64,000 nt of DNA, taken from positions 125,612,001 through 125,676,000 of the forward strand of contig OZ024740.1 in the NCBI GenBank assembly GCA_964016885.1, read 5' to 3'. The notes beneath the pieces were generated by a model. That model was not told where the DNA came from, searched no databases, and saw only the letters and a list, made by a program, of their open reading frames with translations. Below are positions 26,478 through 39,457 of the stretch, piece by piece. Every line of letters begins with the position of its first letter. Within the stretch, counting starts at the first letter, position 1. The position numbers and the translations under genes were made by a program. Source of the stretch: Eledone cirrhosa. Taxonomy: Eukaryota.

Positions 26478-27222
26478 GATCATCATCTTCATTTAACGTC
26501 CATCTTCCATGCTAGCATCGCTTAGACGGGAGTTGTCCCACTTGAAGCAAGGTAGGTCGGGTGACCGTGTCTTGCTCATCTAGGACTATCTGGCAGGTTT
26601 TCTACGGCTGGATGCCGTTTCTAACACCAACCACGTTTACAGTGTGGACTGGGAACTTTTTACTGTGTTACCTACACGGCCACATTACAGTGTGGACTGT
26701 GTGTTATATTTATCGTGACACCTACAAGATCTCGATCCCATTATCTCTTTTATATGGACTGGATGTTGTGGTACCAACTTTACAGAGAGAGGGTGGTATT
26801 AGTGGGAGTGGGAGGATAGGGTATGTGTAGTGGATTGTTGGGCGTGTATATTTGGTTAAGAGGTGCCTACTGACTGTAGGTTTTACTTTGTACATAGGCA
26901 AGGCGAGTCTTCTGTATTACTGCATAGCGCCAAAGATCTCGGTCCAGTGACATTCTCTTAGAGAGGTGTAAGTGTGTAAGGTCAGAATTTATCAAATCAT
27001 CCCAGGTTTTTCTGGCTCTACCTACTCCGTAACTACCATCAATTTTGATCGCCCTGCACTTTTTTATACAGCTGTCGTCTTTCATGCGCATCACGTGACC
27101 ATACCAACGTAGTCTTCTCTCAAGTAAACAGCATCTGATTCCTCTTATTCCTAATTTCTCACTTAGTTCATTTAAGCCTTGCCGTTCATGTATATTACTA
27201 CTAGATATCCAATGGAGCATGC
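26478..27222 (-). mobile_element. RTE LINE 3' end
   Basis: SNIHERQGLNELSEKLGIRGIRCCLLERRLRWYGHVMRM..DRDLWR; same subfamily as 14178-14900. Confidence 0.9.
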
Positions 27223-27299
27223 AACATATACAATGAAAACTGGACAAAAGTAACAAAACACAGAGGAATAAGATGTTATCAAGCACCTCCGTTATCGAA

Positions 27300-28080
27300 T
27301 GATTCGGTTATTGTCCACTTTTTCTGGTGAAAATATATCACAAAAATTGTTACTTCTCCTGGTTTATCAAGTAAAGCAATCCATCCCTTACAAATTTATA
27401 CATTCCTGTTCTCTTGCTGCTGCATGATTTCCCATGCCAATCTCCCACACAAAGCTTGAGTGTGACTCAGTCTCTCGCTAAGTGAGCATCTCCTCAAGCA
27501 TTTGTTCTAAAATTTTGCCAGGTGTATAACTCGGAAATATCGAATATACTCTCACAACTAGCTTCAAAGAAGACCTGTTTAACTACCCATCTCAACTGAT
27601 TTAGTCGCTATCCCCACAAAGCAAAATTAATTCTGAGAAAATGCTATAGAATGGATTAACTGAATGCAATTTCTTCAAATTCCTAACTTTGAACAATACA
27701 AGTTGTTCCCATTTGTAGCTTTTTTTATAGTTACCCCTCTTTACATTATTTTAAAAGATTTGTCTATTTATAGCTAAAGAAGAGATTACCTGCCTTTGAC
27801 GAGCTCTCTGGTATGTACTAAAAACTTCAAAACAATCTGCAGAGATAGCTATTTTATTTATATAACAGGCTGAATGAGTTGGAGTATATAATCCAACAAA
27901 ACTTAAGTACCTGCATATCTCAATGTTATAACTAATTATACTTAACACATCCTATGGATTGAGTACTCTTGTAGCAAAATCGTTTTTCACATACTGACCC
28001 CCGACTGACATATGGCTGCTATTTCTCTTTATCTCGGGTTGGTATCAGTGGTCTGTAGAGGTTGACCAACTTGAGGTTAT
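27300..28080 (-). pseudogene. Possible highly decayed Helitron PIF1 helicase remnant
   Basis: Scattered minus-strand peptides PTHSA, NPF..LILLCGD, TWQNF and WEIGMG fall in the order of PIF1 motifs; weak evidence. Confidence 0.25.
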
Positions 28081-28888
28081 TAAATGAGATTTTTTTTCTT
28101 TTGGTCATTCCACTCTTGTTCCTCAGAAGAGAAGGATCACTTCAAGTTGTTCAAACAAGTGGTGAGATGTAGCACTTCACAAAAAACCTCATGCCCTCTC
28201 AACAAGGGCCTGACAGCAATCCTTCCATTGGTACTTCTGCCTCTTCATATAGACAGCATAGCTTCATTGCCACTGCGAGCTTACTACTATCTATGCTGGT
28301 ACATACTGTCTGACTACAACTTTAGACTTTTTAAGGGAACATTACTGAACATTACTGAAGCCTTTTTGAACACTATATTCATTTGTGAATACTAAAATCA
28401 AACTTTATATTTATGATTCAAAGTAATCATATTCTTTTTTCTTTTTGCTGAAGTGAAGTAAAGTTATATATCCAACCAGAATTATTTGTATTTGTCCTGT
28501 TTATCATCACAACAGCCCCAAAATTTTGCTTTACTCTTACCCTTGGATATTTCTACCAAACATATACTATAGAAGCATCGTCATAATATGGACTACATAA
28601 TATAGTTTAATAATGGGGTGTATATAAACAGCACACAAGTAAGTAGAACCCACCCTTCTCGTTTGCTGGATGAGTATACTACAATTATGCACCCAGTTTT
28701 TTTCATTATTTAAAAAAATCTATAACCTTATAGAAATTTCTAAACAAAGGAGATATGTTTGGAACGCAACAAGCGAAGTTTAAAAATTGAAATAAAAACA
28801 GAAGCATCACCCTAACATAGATTACATAATATAGTCTAATAATCAGGCATATAATTACACTGAATGGAAGAAAGATGGGCATCAGCAC

Positions 28889-28995
28889 ACATGGGAGTCG
28901 AACACACACCTTTCGTTTGCTGGGCATGTACACTATCATTATGTAATGGTAGCATACTCCTCTGGCAAACGAGAGGTGTAGTTTGACTCCCATGT
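28889..28995. repeat. ~107-bp imperfect fold-back hairpin preceded by a ~60-bp direct repeat
   Basis: ACATGGGAGTCGAAC..TCGTTTGC..CTATCATTA tg TAATGGTAG..GCAAACGA..GTTTGACTCCCATGT; 28630-28690 resembles 28883-28943. Confidence 0.7.
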
Positions 28996-31548
28996 ATATA
29001 TGTATGCATAATTATGTGTATGTATGTGTGTGCATATAGGTATGTTTTCGTGTTAGTATATAGACATGTATGCCTACGTACATTCAAGTAAGAGTGCACA
29101 TGATTGTATTGCATATGTATATTTAAATGTGAGTGTACATGGTTATATATGTATGTGTATTTTTATCCTAACACTAATCCTTTCACCTGTCTTAATACAG
29201 CTGGTTTTAGGCTTTAATTTATTAATAACAAATAATTCTTCTAATGATTGAAACTTTATTACTGAATTATGTTTCCTTAAATTTCATATTGCTTTTCTTA
29301 ATATCGTCTATTAATATTATACTTGCAATTGTTATTACTTCAATCAATTAATATATTTATAAGCTCTAATTATCACCCTATATTATTAATGTAGAGAGTC
29401 TAGAGTGAATTAGATTTTGTTAGTCAAATAAATATTGGCTAGTTATGACTTGTTATATATTATCACTAGTAACTTTTAATTGGTATATTTAGTCTTCTAT
29501 AAAATGTTAACGTCTTACCAACTATAATTTAAACTTTGTATTTTTTAATTGGAGATGTCTGATATCGAAGGTAAATGTTATTCATATTGTATAATGATTC
29601 TGAAGGAATCAGTAAAGAGAAGAATGTATGATGACACATCTTATTGTGTTGATAGAAACGTCCTTAAATCAATTAAATAATTTAATGTAATATAATCCTT
29701 ATTTCATTCTTTTTATATATGCACTATGTAGTGGATAAGTTGTATTCTTTGTATGGTAGTTTGATGAAAAGAATAATGCCATGATTGAGTTGTTAGCAAC
29801 GTTTATTTTATAATAACAATATTCACTTTGAACATCGAGTAATAATAATTATGACATGAATTATCCCCACATTAACTTGCTAGCTTCTACGAGTTAGCGT
29901 AATTGCATGTATCACAGAAAACGATATAGTAAAAGTTGTGTTGTATCTTACAGATACAATATGACAGGAAAAATAGGGTGAGCGTAGAATATAAACAATA
30001 TGAACTTACTATGTGTGTGTGTGTGAGTGCCTATTCTTAGAATACATTATTGTCGTCGTCGTCGTAGTCGTAGTAGTAGTAGTGGTGGTGGTCAATCTGT
30101 GAGGCAGGCATGGCTGGCTATCTGGCTGTGTCTGTGGCCGAGAAGGAGACAACCAGTGAGGACAGGAGAGAATGATAGAAGGAAAGGTCTGCTAGATCGT
30201 TAACTTTAACACGGACTGCTTACTTCGGTCTCTCTGGCTCCAGATTCCTTAACTCGTTGTATTTATAATAGTGTTAAAGTTAGAAGGATGTGTATATGAG
30301 GTTGATTTATGATCAGCCATGTGGATATGGTCTCCCAGGAAGCTGGGATCAGAGGTCAAGTTGGTATGTACGTTTATCATCGTTGACTTGACAGGACAAT
30401 GGTGGGAAATTTCCTATAATGGGTGGTCTCAGATGCGAGAAACCTCAGATTCGGTTTCGAATCTTCGCCGGTAAAGTATAGGAGTATTCCGTTATAGTAC
30501 CCCCCCCCTTCTAGTGAGACAGCTAAGGATCGAACGATCAAGGTGTGTGTGAGGTTAAGATAAGTATGTCTTGGCGTATGGGGTCGCTCTCGATGTGTAA
30601 TAAGCATGATTCTTTCCCAGTGAGTCGGGGAAGTTGTTGGCGAATCCAGAAAAGCGGTGGGAACTGGTCGCAGTTCCTGTTCCATGAATGCTTCCCCATT
30701 AAGTCGTGGAAGTGGCAAGATTGAGGGTTATATGCTATATGACGATGAGTGTGGAACGAGATGCGAAGCTGTGTGAATCCAGCTTAATTTAGCAATTCTC
30801 GTGTTGTGGCCTGTGTGAGTCCAGGTGAATTAAGCTGCATGTGTCGATAGCATGTTTCCGTACCTCAACCAGGTGAAAAGTGATCTCGCAGAATCCTCAC
30901 AGGAATCAAGAACATACACTATAGACAACATGTTGGTGTGTAACAAAGAAATGTGTGTGTGCATGCAGGCATACAATACAGCGAAAGAAAATGTGTGCAT
31001 GCCGTCATATAATACAGTAAAAAAAAATGAATGTTCATATATAGCCTGTAAAAAGAGAAGGAATAATTGTTTTTTAACAAAAAGCTGAGTTTTTTTCTTT
31101 TCTTTGTGTGTCTGAGTTATTTTATTGAAATTTTTTTGGTATAACAATTGTGGGGCTGCCATGAGATAAAGGGGGGGGGGTGTATAGCTGCCATGGGAGG
31201 GGGATGCCTGACCGGAAGCAGGAGGACGGGGGTGACTCGAGGGATCAGGCTGTGAACAGCCCTCTCTTAGCTACAGGCCCTGCAAGGTGACGGACGTGTG
31301 AACACAGACGCCAGTGGAAAGTACCCCACGTGGACGGTGGAACCAGCGATAGAGAGACGTAAGGTAAGTCCGAATACCCCCGGCTAGATGCTCTTTCGGC
31401 GTTTAATAAATAAATGTTGCCATCTTTCGGCATTCTTACTCCCTGCACGGCAGCCTTTTAGTTTACCTTTTTTTATTTATTAATTTTTTGTTTGTTGTTC
31501 TTTTTCGTGGGGTATCGTTGTTGACTTTTTTCCGATCTCGCAGGAGAG

Positions 31549-32313
31549 ATGGCGCCGAAATTGAGATTGAATAGCGAGACGATCAAGGCTTTTAACAGCG
31601 AAGGAGATGTGGCCTGGTTGAGAAAGGTTACATTGGTTGCCTTGCTGCAAGGCATTGACAACGTTGCTGGTTTGATCGCTCTATATCTCAACGGGGACGC
31701 CCTAGCACAGTACTTCAAGATGGACGAGAGAGAACACTGAACGCGGAGAGGATAGGGCAACGACTTAAGGAAGCGTTTACTGAGGGACCGTACGCTGCTT
31801 TTGCCAAACTAGGCAGAGCGAGATGGAAGGGAGAGCACGTGGACGTGTTCGCGACAGAATTACGGCGGTTGGCTACGTTTGCCGGATTCGCGGTAGAACG
31901 CGAAAGTGCAGTAGGCTTTTATGAACGGGTTCCCCGACGAAATCTCCGTGAAGCTCCAATAACTGCCCGGCAACAGGGAAATGAGCATGAGCGAGCTCGT
32001 CGCACAGGCCCGCGTAATAACACAGGACACGAGGTGGAGTATTGCAGTACTGGCAGTGACGGAAGCTCATGGCAGTCGACAGCGACCGACGTATGACGAA
32101 AGAAGACCAGCCGCTGTGAATAGTCGTCCGTGTGCGTTTGGAGGCCGGTGCTTCAGGTGCCAGGGCCCGCACATGGCAAGGGACTGCAGAGAGCCGAAGC
32201 CAGGCGTAGTCTGTTATCGCTGCAAGCGACGAGGTCACATCGCTAATAATTGCGACCAGGGAAATGGTCTGAGGTGGACTACTGCGCCGGTAGCCTCCCA
32301 TGGAAGCGAGTAG
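31549..32313 (+). pseudogene. gag: Gypsy gag with two CCHC zinc knuckles (disrupted)
   Basis: IKAFNSEGDVAWLRKV..YLNGDAL; CFRCQGPHMARDC and CYRCKRRGHIANNC. Confidence 0.85.
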
Positions 32314-35123
32314 AGGCGCCTTTGCAGTCGCTTCCCGTAGTGGAAGTTCTGGTGAGGTAAGGAGGAAGCCATCGCAAGCACTCATGGACACGGGTTGCAC
32401 GACAACACTAGTGATCACGGAGGTGGTTAAAAAGTGGCGCGGGATGAGCAGCATAAGGGCAGTCGACGGCAGGGAGATTATATGCAGAGGTACCAGCGAG
32501 GTGTCGATAGTGGTACGGGGAGGAAAAAAAATTAGGCTTCGGGCGATCGTGATTGACCAGGTGGTTGATGGAATCGATGTAGTAATGGGCATGGATGCGA
32601 TTGGCTGCCTTGGAGGTGTTATAGTGAGTGAAATCGGGGTGATGTTTCGTAGCAAGAGGACATCGTGTGTTGGGAGAATCCACGAAAAACAGGGAGATCC
32701 ACGAAGAAAATACCACACAGGACAAGGATTTCAGGGCAGTGTTCGATGGGCAGATAGTTGAGTGGTACTGGAAGGGAGATCCACCAACCCTGAAGAATAG
32801 AGTGGGTGCTATCAGCATACCTAGAAAGGAAATGCCAGAAGCGAGTTTGAGGGAGAGGTACAGAGTTGGATCGAGGAGGGTATACTGATTCCTTGGAAGG
32901 AGGAGGTGAGTGTGGAGTGTTGGCGCTAATGGCGTGCAGCCCACGAAGAACAAGGTTAGGCAGATGCTGGACTTTCGTGAGCTGAACGAACACATCTCAT
33001 GCCACACAGGTGGTGAGGTCACGGATGTTTGCGGGGAAACATTGCGAGAGTTGAGACGAATGACGGGGGCCTTCACGATTGTCGACTTAAAGTCGGTATA
33101 TTTGCAGTTACACGTGGTTGAGAAGCTGTGGATACCAGCTGGTCAGGTATAAGGGCCAGACATACTGCCTCACCAGGCTTGGCTTCGAGTTGAACTCTGC
33201 GCCAAAAATCATGGCGACGGTCCTGAAGGCCATTCTGGGGAAAGCAGACAAGGTGAAGAGGGCCACCAACTCCTACATCGAGAACATCTTGGTGGACGAG
33301 ACGGTGGTGTCAGAAGCAGAGGTCTCAGGCCACTTGGGAAGGTTCAGGCTGACCGCCAAAACACCGGGGGTAATGGAAGGAGGAGCCGTGCTAGGACTCA
33401 AGCTGCAAAGGGATAAGACGGGCACACTGGTGTTTCGGAGGGGTAGCGAAGTCCCGGAACTGTTCCCCGATATGAATAGATGGGAACTCTTCTCAATGTG
33501 TGGTAAATTGGTGGACCATTATCCGATCGCAGAGTGGCTCCGGGCGGCATGCAGCTATGTCAAGAGACGAGCAGACGGAGTGAACTTGGATGACAGGATT
33601 GGAGAGAGGAGAGTGGCTATGATGCAGGAAATCGTGGAGAGCGTAAAGGCAGATGACCCAATGAGAGGACGCTGGTACGTCCCCAAATCGGAAAGCGGGA
33701 CCATATGGTGTGATGCCAGCAGCATAGCACTAAGGGTCACTTTGGTGATAGGGTGCCTCGAGGTCGAGGACGCAACCTGGCTTGGGAAGAAGGAGGACTA
33801 CAATCACATCATCGTGGCCGAACTGGATGCTGTGCTGAGAGGGGTGAATCTCGCCCTGAGATGGGGGTTGCGCACCATATAAATTCGCACTGACTCGTAC
33901 TTGGATGGGTGAGATCAGTGCTTACCAGTGAGAGGAGGGTGCGAACCAGAGGGGCAGTAGAAATGTTGATAAAGCGCCGCCTGGAAACTCTGGGAGAGCT
34001 GTCCACCGAGTTCGGCCTGGTGTTGAGTGTATTTTTTGTGCCCTCAGAGAAAAACAGGGCAGACGTATTGACCAGGGTGTAGAAAGCCTGGCTGGAAATG
34101 CCAGGGGACGCAGAGAAGGGGATAACGGCAGTGTGTCGACTGAGTGATTCGGCGTTGAGGGGACTGCACGCCATGCACCACATGGGAGGAGATAGGACCC
34201 TGTTCCTAGCCAGAAGAATCGACTCTGATGTTAGCAGATAGAGTGTCCAGAGAGTGGTCGAATGTTGCGACAGATGCCAGTCTATCGACCCTGCTCCGGG
34301 TGTGCACGAGACAGGAAGCATCCCAGTGGAGCACAACTGGAAGAGATTAGCAATGGACGTGACACACTACCGACAAGGAACGTATTTTATGATGGTCGAT
34401 TGTGGGCCTGGACGGATGGCGATATGGAGGGAAATGAAGACATGGACTGCGGAGAAAATCGTGCTGATGCTGAGAGAGATATTCTTGGATCGGAGCCTTT
34501 TAGATAAACTGCTGATGGACAACAGCACGGCATTTCGCTCGGAGGCGCTGAGGGAAATGCTTGACAAGTGGAAGGTGAACCGCTTCTTCAGAGCGGTATA
34601 CAGGCCGAGCGGATATGGGATCAGGGAGAGATACCCTCGCACAATCAAAGCCATGGCGGAAAGGGGGCACATTTCGCCAGTGGAGGCAGTGTTCTAGTAC
34701 AACATGTCTCCTCAGGCCGAGAAGTCGGTGCCGCACAGGGCAATATATAGGTATGAATGGCGACACCCGTGCACGGTACCACAGGAGCCGGTGGAGAGAG
34801 AGAACGCCTTGGTACGAGTGGGCGAAGAGGTATGGGTCAAGCCCCCGAAGGCGCGTTACACATGTCAATGGGGAAAGGGTAAGGTAACCGTAAATTCACA
34901 AAACAACGTGTCTATGGACGGAATGTCATGCCACGTCTTGGACATCCGTAGAGTCGTTGTGGTGACGGACTCTGAGGAAGAGGAAAAGGAAAGTACCGCC
35001 CCAACAGTGCGGAGATCGCAACGGAGCCACCGCCAATCTAGGTGTATGGCGGATTTTAAGATGGAGCAGTGTGCTGGGGTTGGGTTGATCCTTGAGATCA
35101 GGGAGCGTGTGGGGATGCCGTGA
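32259..35123 (+). pseudogene. pol: Gypsy pol (protease, RT, RNase H, integrase), frameshifted and with stops
   Basis: ALMDTGC; LDFRELNEH; TRLGFELNSAP; YIENIL (from YIDD); WCDASS; HAMHHMG..CDRCQ; DVTHY, DNSTAF, GIRER. Confidence 0.88.
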
Positions 35124-36482
35124 GATAGAGGGGGTGTAGAGCTGCCATGGAAGGGGGATTGCCGGAAGTTGAGGGACGCCTGACCGGAAGCAGGCGGACG
35201 GGGCAGACTCGAGGGATCACGCTGTGAACAGCCCTCTCTTAGCTACAGGCCTTGCAAGGTGACGGACGTGTGAAGATAGATACGAGTGGAAAAGTACCCC
35301 ACGTGGACGGTGGAACAAGTGATAGAGAGAGGCAAGGTAAGTCCGAATGCCTCCGGCTACAAGAATGTTATCGTTTCTTGCTAGGAAGCTAATAGAGTTG
35401 TCGTTGTTATTGTTATTGCTGCTATCGAAGAAAATGACATGGCGATTTCTCGGGTGTGTAGCATTTTAGCAGTGAAGTGTTTGTAGAATCGAAGTTTGTA
35501 GAATCGAACTTGACGAATCTGATTTGTGAGCGTTGAAGTGAAATGTTTGCTTAGCTTGGAGTCACCATTATGCACGTCACGTCTGACGCCATAATACGGT
35601 GAGAAGGCTGTGAGCTCGAATCATGTCGGAGGTTAGACATATTGATGAATCGTGAAGGTCAGTAAAGCAGTGAGAAAATGTGATTTGCAAGCGTCGAATT
35701 CACCGTTGTATGGTGAGAGGGCTGTTGTTGTTTCGACTCGGATCACCGTTTGTAGTGAGAAGGCTGTGAGCTTAAATCTCGGGTCACCGATTGTAGTGGA
35801 TAGTGAGAAGGAAAACGATGTGGTAAAAGTTGTGTTGTATCTTACAGATACAATATGACAGGAAGAATAAGGTGAGCGTAGAATGTAAACAATATGAACT
35901 TACTATGTGTGTGTGTGAGTACCAATTCTTAGAATACATTTATGTCGTAGTCGTAGTGGTCAATCTGTCAGGCAGGCATGGCTGTCTGGCTGTGTCTGTG
36001 GCCAAGAAGGTGACAACCAGTGAGGCCAGGAGAGAGTGATAGAGTGAAAGGTTTGCTACATCATGAAATTTAAAACGGACTGCTTGCTTCGGACTCTCTG
36101 GCTCTAGATTCCTTAACTCCTTGTATTTATAATAGTGTTAACGTTAGAAGGATGTGTATATGAGGTTGATTTATGATCAGCCATGTGGATATGATCTCCC
36201 AGGAAGCTGGGATCAGAGGTCAAGTGGTATGTACGTTTATCATCATTGACTTGACAGAACAATAGTGGGAAACCTATAATGGGTTGTCTCAGATGCGAGA
36301 AACCTCAGATTCGGTTTCGAATCTTCGCCGGTAAAGTATAGGAGTAATCCGTTATACTCTATAATATTGTAAATCTACTGTGATTGTAAATTAACTGATT
36401 TTACATGTCTTGCTGTGATGTATAAAATACTATTGAACTTTGATTACTCTTTACCTTATGTGGTTGTGTTATCAACTTGTCT

Positions 36483-36547
<65 letters not shown>

Positions 36548-37193
36548 TGGAATCGAATTACTTTCTAGTAGCACGTTGCCTGCCACCATTCACTTTACTA
36601 CACTCCTGCTGGTCAGTCATTTCATTCAAAATTTTCACTGACAACGAACGGCTGGGAATTCTTGTCTTGAATTTTACTTCTGGACAGAGAAAGTCTCCTG
36701 AGGATTTAGGATTTCTCGCGATACTCTACTCAGTGTTTCACTATTTTCCCAATGAAACTGCAGTATGACATTAAAGTGAGTAAGTAAAGATTTTTTTCTT
36801 ATTTCTTTTCCGTATTTGATAATACATATATATATAGAGAGAGGGAGAGAATAGAAATGGCTGTGTAGTTGCTATTTAAGGTAACTTAAAATGCAGTGGT
36901 AATAGGAAGAAAGCAAGAACGGGGGGTGGGGTCCTCATCAGTTGTCTACTGGGGTCTAGGATATTTCTACGCTTTACAGACAAGATACCACTTCACCCCA
37001 GGGCGTCAATAACTGGATCAGTTATTGAGAAAACGAATGAAGGAGGGAAGGAAAGCTGAGGGGAAGAAAAGAGAAAGCGTAACAAAACAGCGAAAAAAAA
37101 ACAACACAAACCGAGCAATGGGCGAGCAACTATAGGAAGGAAATCCAAAACCACTCGATAATGGAACTTAAGTTCGAGACCGAGTAATCGAAA

Positions 37194-37222
<29 letters not shown>

Positions 37223-37229
<7 letters not shown>

Positions 37230-37950
37230 TTTGTCCAAAAAGTAAGGGTATTGATGTTTCATTTAAATGCATGTTAGAAGTTCATTAAATTACAGTTTAT
37301 CTTCTTCAAAATATGAACCTTCAGAAGTCAAACGGTTTCAATGTTTTTTTCATTGAACAAAGCAGTACCAGAAGTCATTTTCGACGGTTACAATTTTTTG
37401 TATGCATTCCGCAGTCCCAAAATGATGAATGGACGATTTCAACTTAGGGATGAGATAGAAATCACATGGAGCTAGATCTGGGCTCTAAGGAGGATGTTGA
37501 TGAGTAGGAATATTTTCCTTTACTAGAAAGTCTCTTGCAATGTCCTTTTGGACTAGCTGGACCCATTTTCGAAGTCTTTCCAAGACATCTTTGTAGAAGG
37601 GGCGATTAACTGTATACCCTGGATGGAAACGATTTTTTGTGTCGAAAGAATCATAATCTTTGTTTTTGCCCTGGATCTGCTCATGTGGGCTTTCTTTGTA
37701 CAAGGGGATTTTTTCTTGTGCTACACCTCTCTTTGCCATATTCCTCTGGATCATACTTGAACACCTATGATTCATCTTATGTTATTACTTTTACCAAGAA
37801 ACCTGGCTCAATTTGATCTCTTTTTCTACAAATCCTAACAGATTTCCAACCGGTTGTTTTTGCTCCAAAGACGAATGTTTGGGCAGTAGTTTTGAACAAC
37901 GCTTTTGCATGGGTAAAATTCTTAAAATTCTGTGAGCTGCATGTCACACA
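37223..37950 (-). mobile_element. mariner (Tc1/mariner) transposase remnant
   Basis: PGYTVNRPFYKDVLERLRK..HPP*SPDLAPCDFYLIPKLK..GSYFEED; TIR-like GAGATTTGTCCAAAAAGTA next to a TA tract. Confidence 0.85.
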
Positions 37951-38824
37951 CTATCATGTTGAACGTCTCTCTCTGGGAACTATATTAAGAGCGCACGTGT
38001 CAGAGTGCTCCTTCTTGTGTAAGCTGTTCACATGTTCTGACAACTAGAATAATCACCATCAGAACCAACATAGGTCCAGCACACAACAAAACTTTCATAT
38101 TTGCAAACCTATTTATGAATCATATTGATCAGTAGTAGCTTGGTCATGGGTTTATAATGTGTGATTTGTCACTCATAATATGGTTTCTGATTTTTTAGTA
38201 TATTATTGATATGAAATTATGGTTTGGTGTAATAACGTTTGAGCTCTGTTTTATGAGGTTTTTATATGTTCATCTATGTTATAGTTAGAATATACTTGCT
38301 TCATATAAAGCACTTTATGTATGATTTGTGTATTCTTTAGTGGCGTGTCTGATGTATTTGTAGTTGTAGTCTTCTGTAATCATCTATTAGTTTGATAGAA
38401 TACCTGTTGTATAATCACGAAGGTTATCGAAACTTTTACAGTAGATGTATTAATATTACTTTTTCAAACAAATTGTAAGAAAACATGCAAATGCACGAAA
38501 AAGAACATTTAGTAAAAAGGTTAAAACTAGTACTCAGTAAGGTTTTCAATACAACATGGCTAAAAGAAAATCTGTTCCAATAATATATATATATATATAT
38601 AAGTAAAGATAATTTTTTCACCACTATGGAAAGATGCTTCTACAGTAATCTACCTTTCAATGATTTTGTATAAGTTGGTCTATACAATACTCATCTTTTT
38701 CCAATCATAGAGGGTTCTAAATCCCACTAGCAGGCTAAAATTTCTTTAATCAAGAAATATGTCAAAAGCTTCTATTTCTAATTTAAAACTCGCTCCCTGT
38801 TTCAGAACAAACTTACCTCATATA

Positions 38825-39457
38825 TATATATGAAAAACACGGGGAGAAGAATACTGCATGGTTGCACATGGATTACATATTATAAAATTAGTCCCTCATC
38901 AGTGATTTGCCAACCATCATTGGTATTTCATCGCATTAAAAATCAGATACCTCAGGTTGGTGCGAGCAATAACTAAAATAAGCTATTGGGACAAGTGAAA
39001 CGCGTAAAGCGAGTGAGACAAGTAAACAACAGAAGGAAAAGCAAACCGAAGGTTGGAAAAACAGCAAGCAACATGATAGTTATCCGATCAGCATAAACTG
39101 GGTGAATTTCATGAGCTGCAAGAGAAGCAGACCGTACGCCGTGAATGGGGTGTGAGAAAGAAGGAACCCCACTACTAGCGAACGGGAGGAAGTGAGAAGG
39201 GGAGAAACAGTGAGTGAGTGGAAGTGCGAGGAAGAGGTCAGTCGAGAGAAAGTGTAACTGACAGAGGGGGCGAAAGAAGGTAAGAGAAACAGAGAGAACG
39301 GGGGAGCAGTAAGAGAGAACGAGAGAAACAGATAATCGCAGTTTAGGTAAATATATATGAAAAACAAGGGGAGAAGAATACTGCATGGTTGCACATGGAT
39401 TACATATTATAAAATTAGTCCCTCATCAGTGATTTGCCAACCATCATTGGTATTTCA
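38825..39457. mobile_element. Non-coding element, ~528-bp unit with ~105-bp terminal direct repeats, in (TA)n
   Basis: ATATATGAAAAACA.GGGGAGAAGAATACTGC..GGTATTTCAT at 38825-38930 and 39353-39458. Confidence 0.75.

Larger units (their letters stand above)
31149..35361 (+). mobile_element. Ty3/Gypsy LTR retrotransposon (decayed), nested in the outer LTR element
   Basis: LTR homology 31149-31388 vs 35108-35361 starting TGTGGGG; purine-rich GAGATCAGGGAGCG before the 3' LTR; domain order gag-PR-RT-RH-INT. Confidence 0.92.
29908..36356 (-). mobile_element. Non-coding LTR retroelement (outer), LTRs ~29908-30496 and 35792-36356
   Basis: ~560-590-bp direct repeats; minus-strand PPT AAGGGGGGGG next to the LTR at 30496; minus-strand ..CACTACA-AT-CGGTGACCCG (PBS-like) at 35792; no recognisable internal ORF. 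Confidence 0.8.

Noticed and set aside
29554-29575. ATGTCTGATATCGAAG|gtaaat as a possible first coding exon
   Set aside because: Too short to distinguish from chance
31873-34868. Long antisense ORFs over the Gypsy element
   Set aside because: Shadow frames of GC-richer gag/pol sequence with no domain motifs
36751-36785. ATG..MKLQYDIK|gtgagt as a possible first exon
   Set aside because: Good donor site, but no downstream exon or homology support
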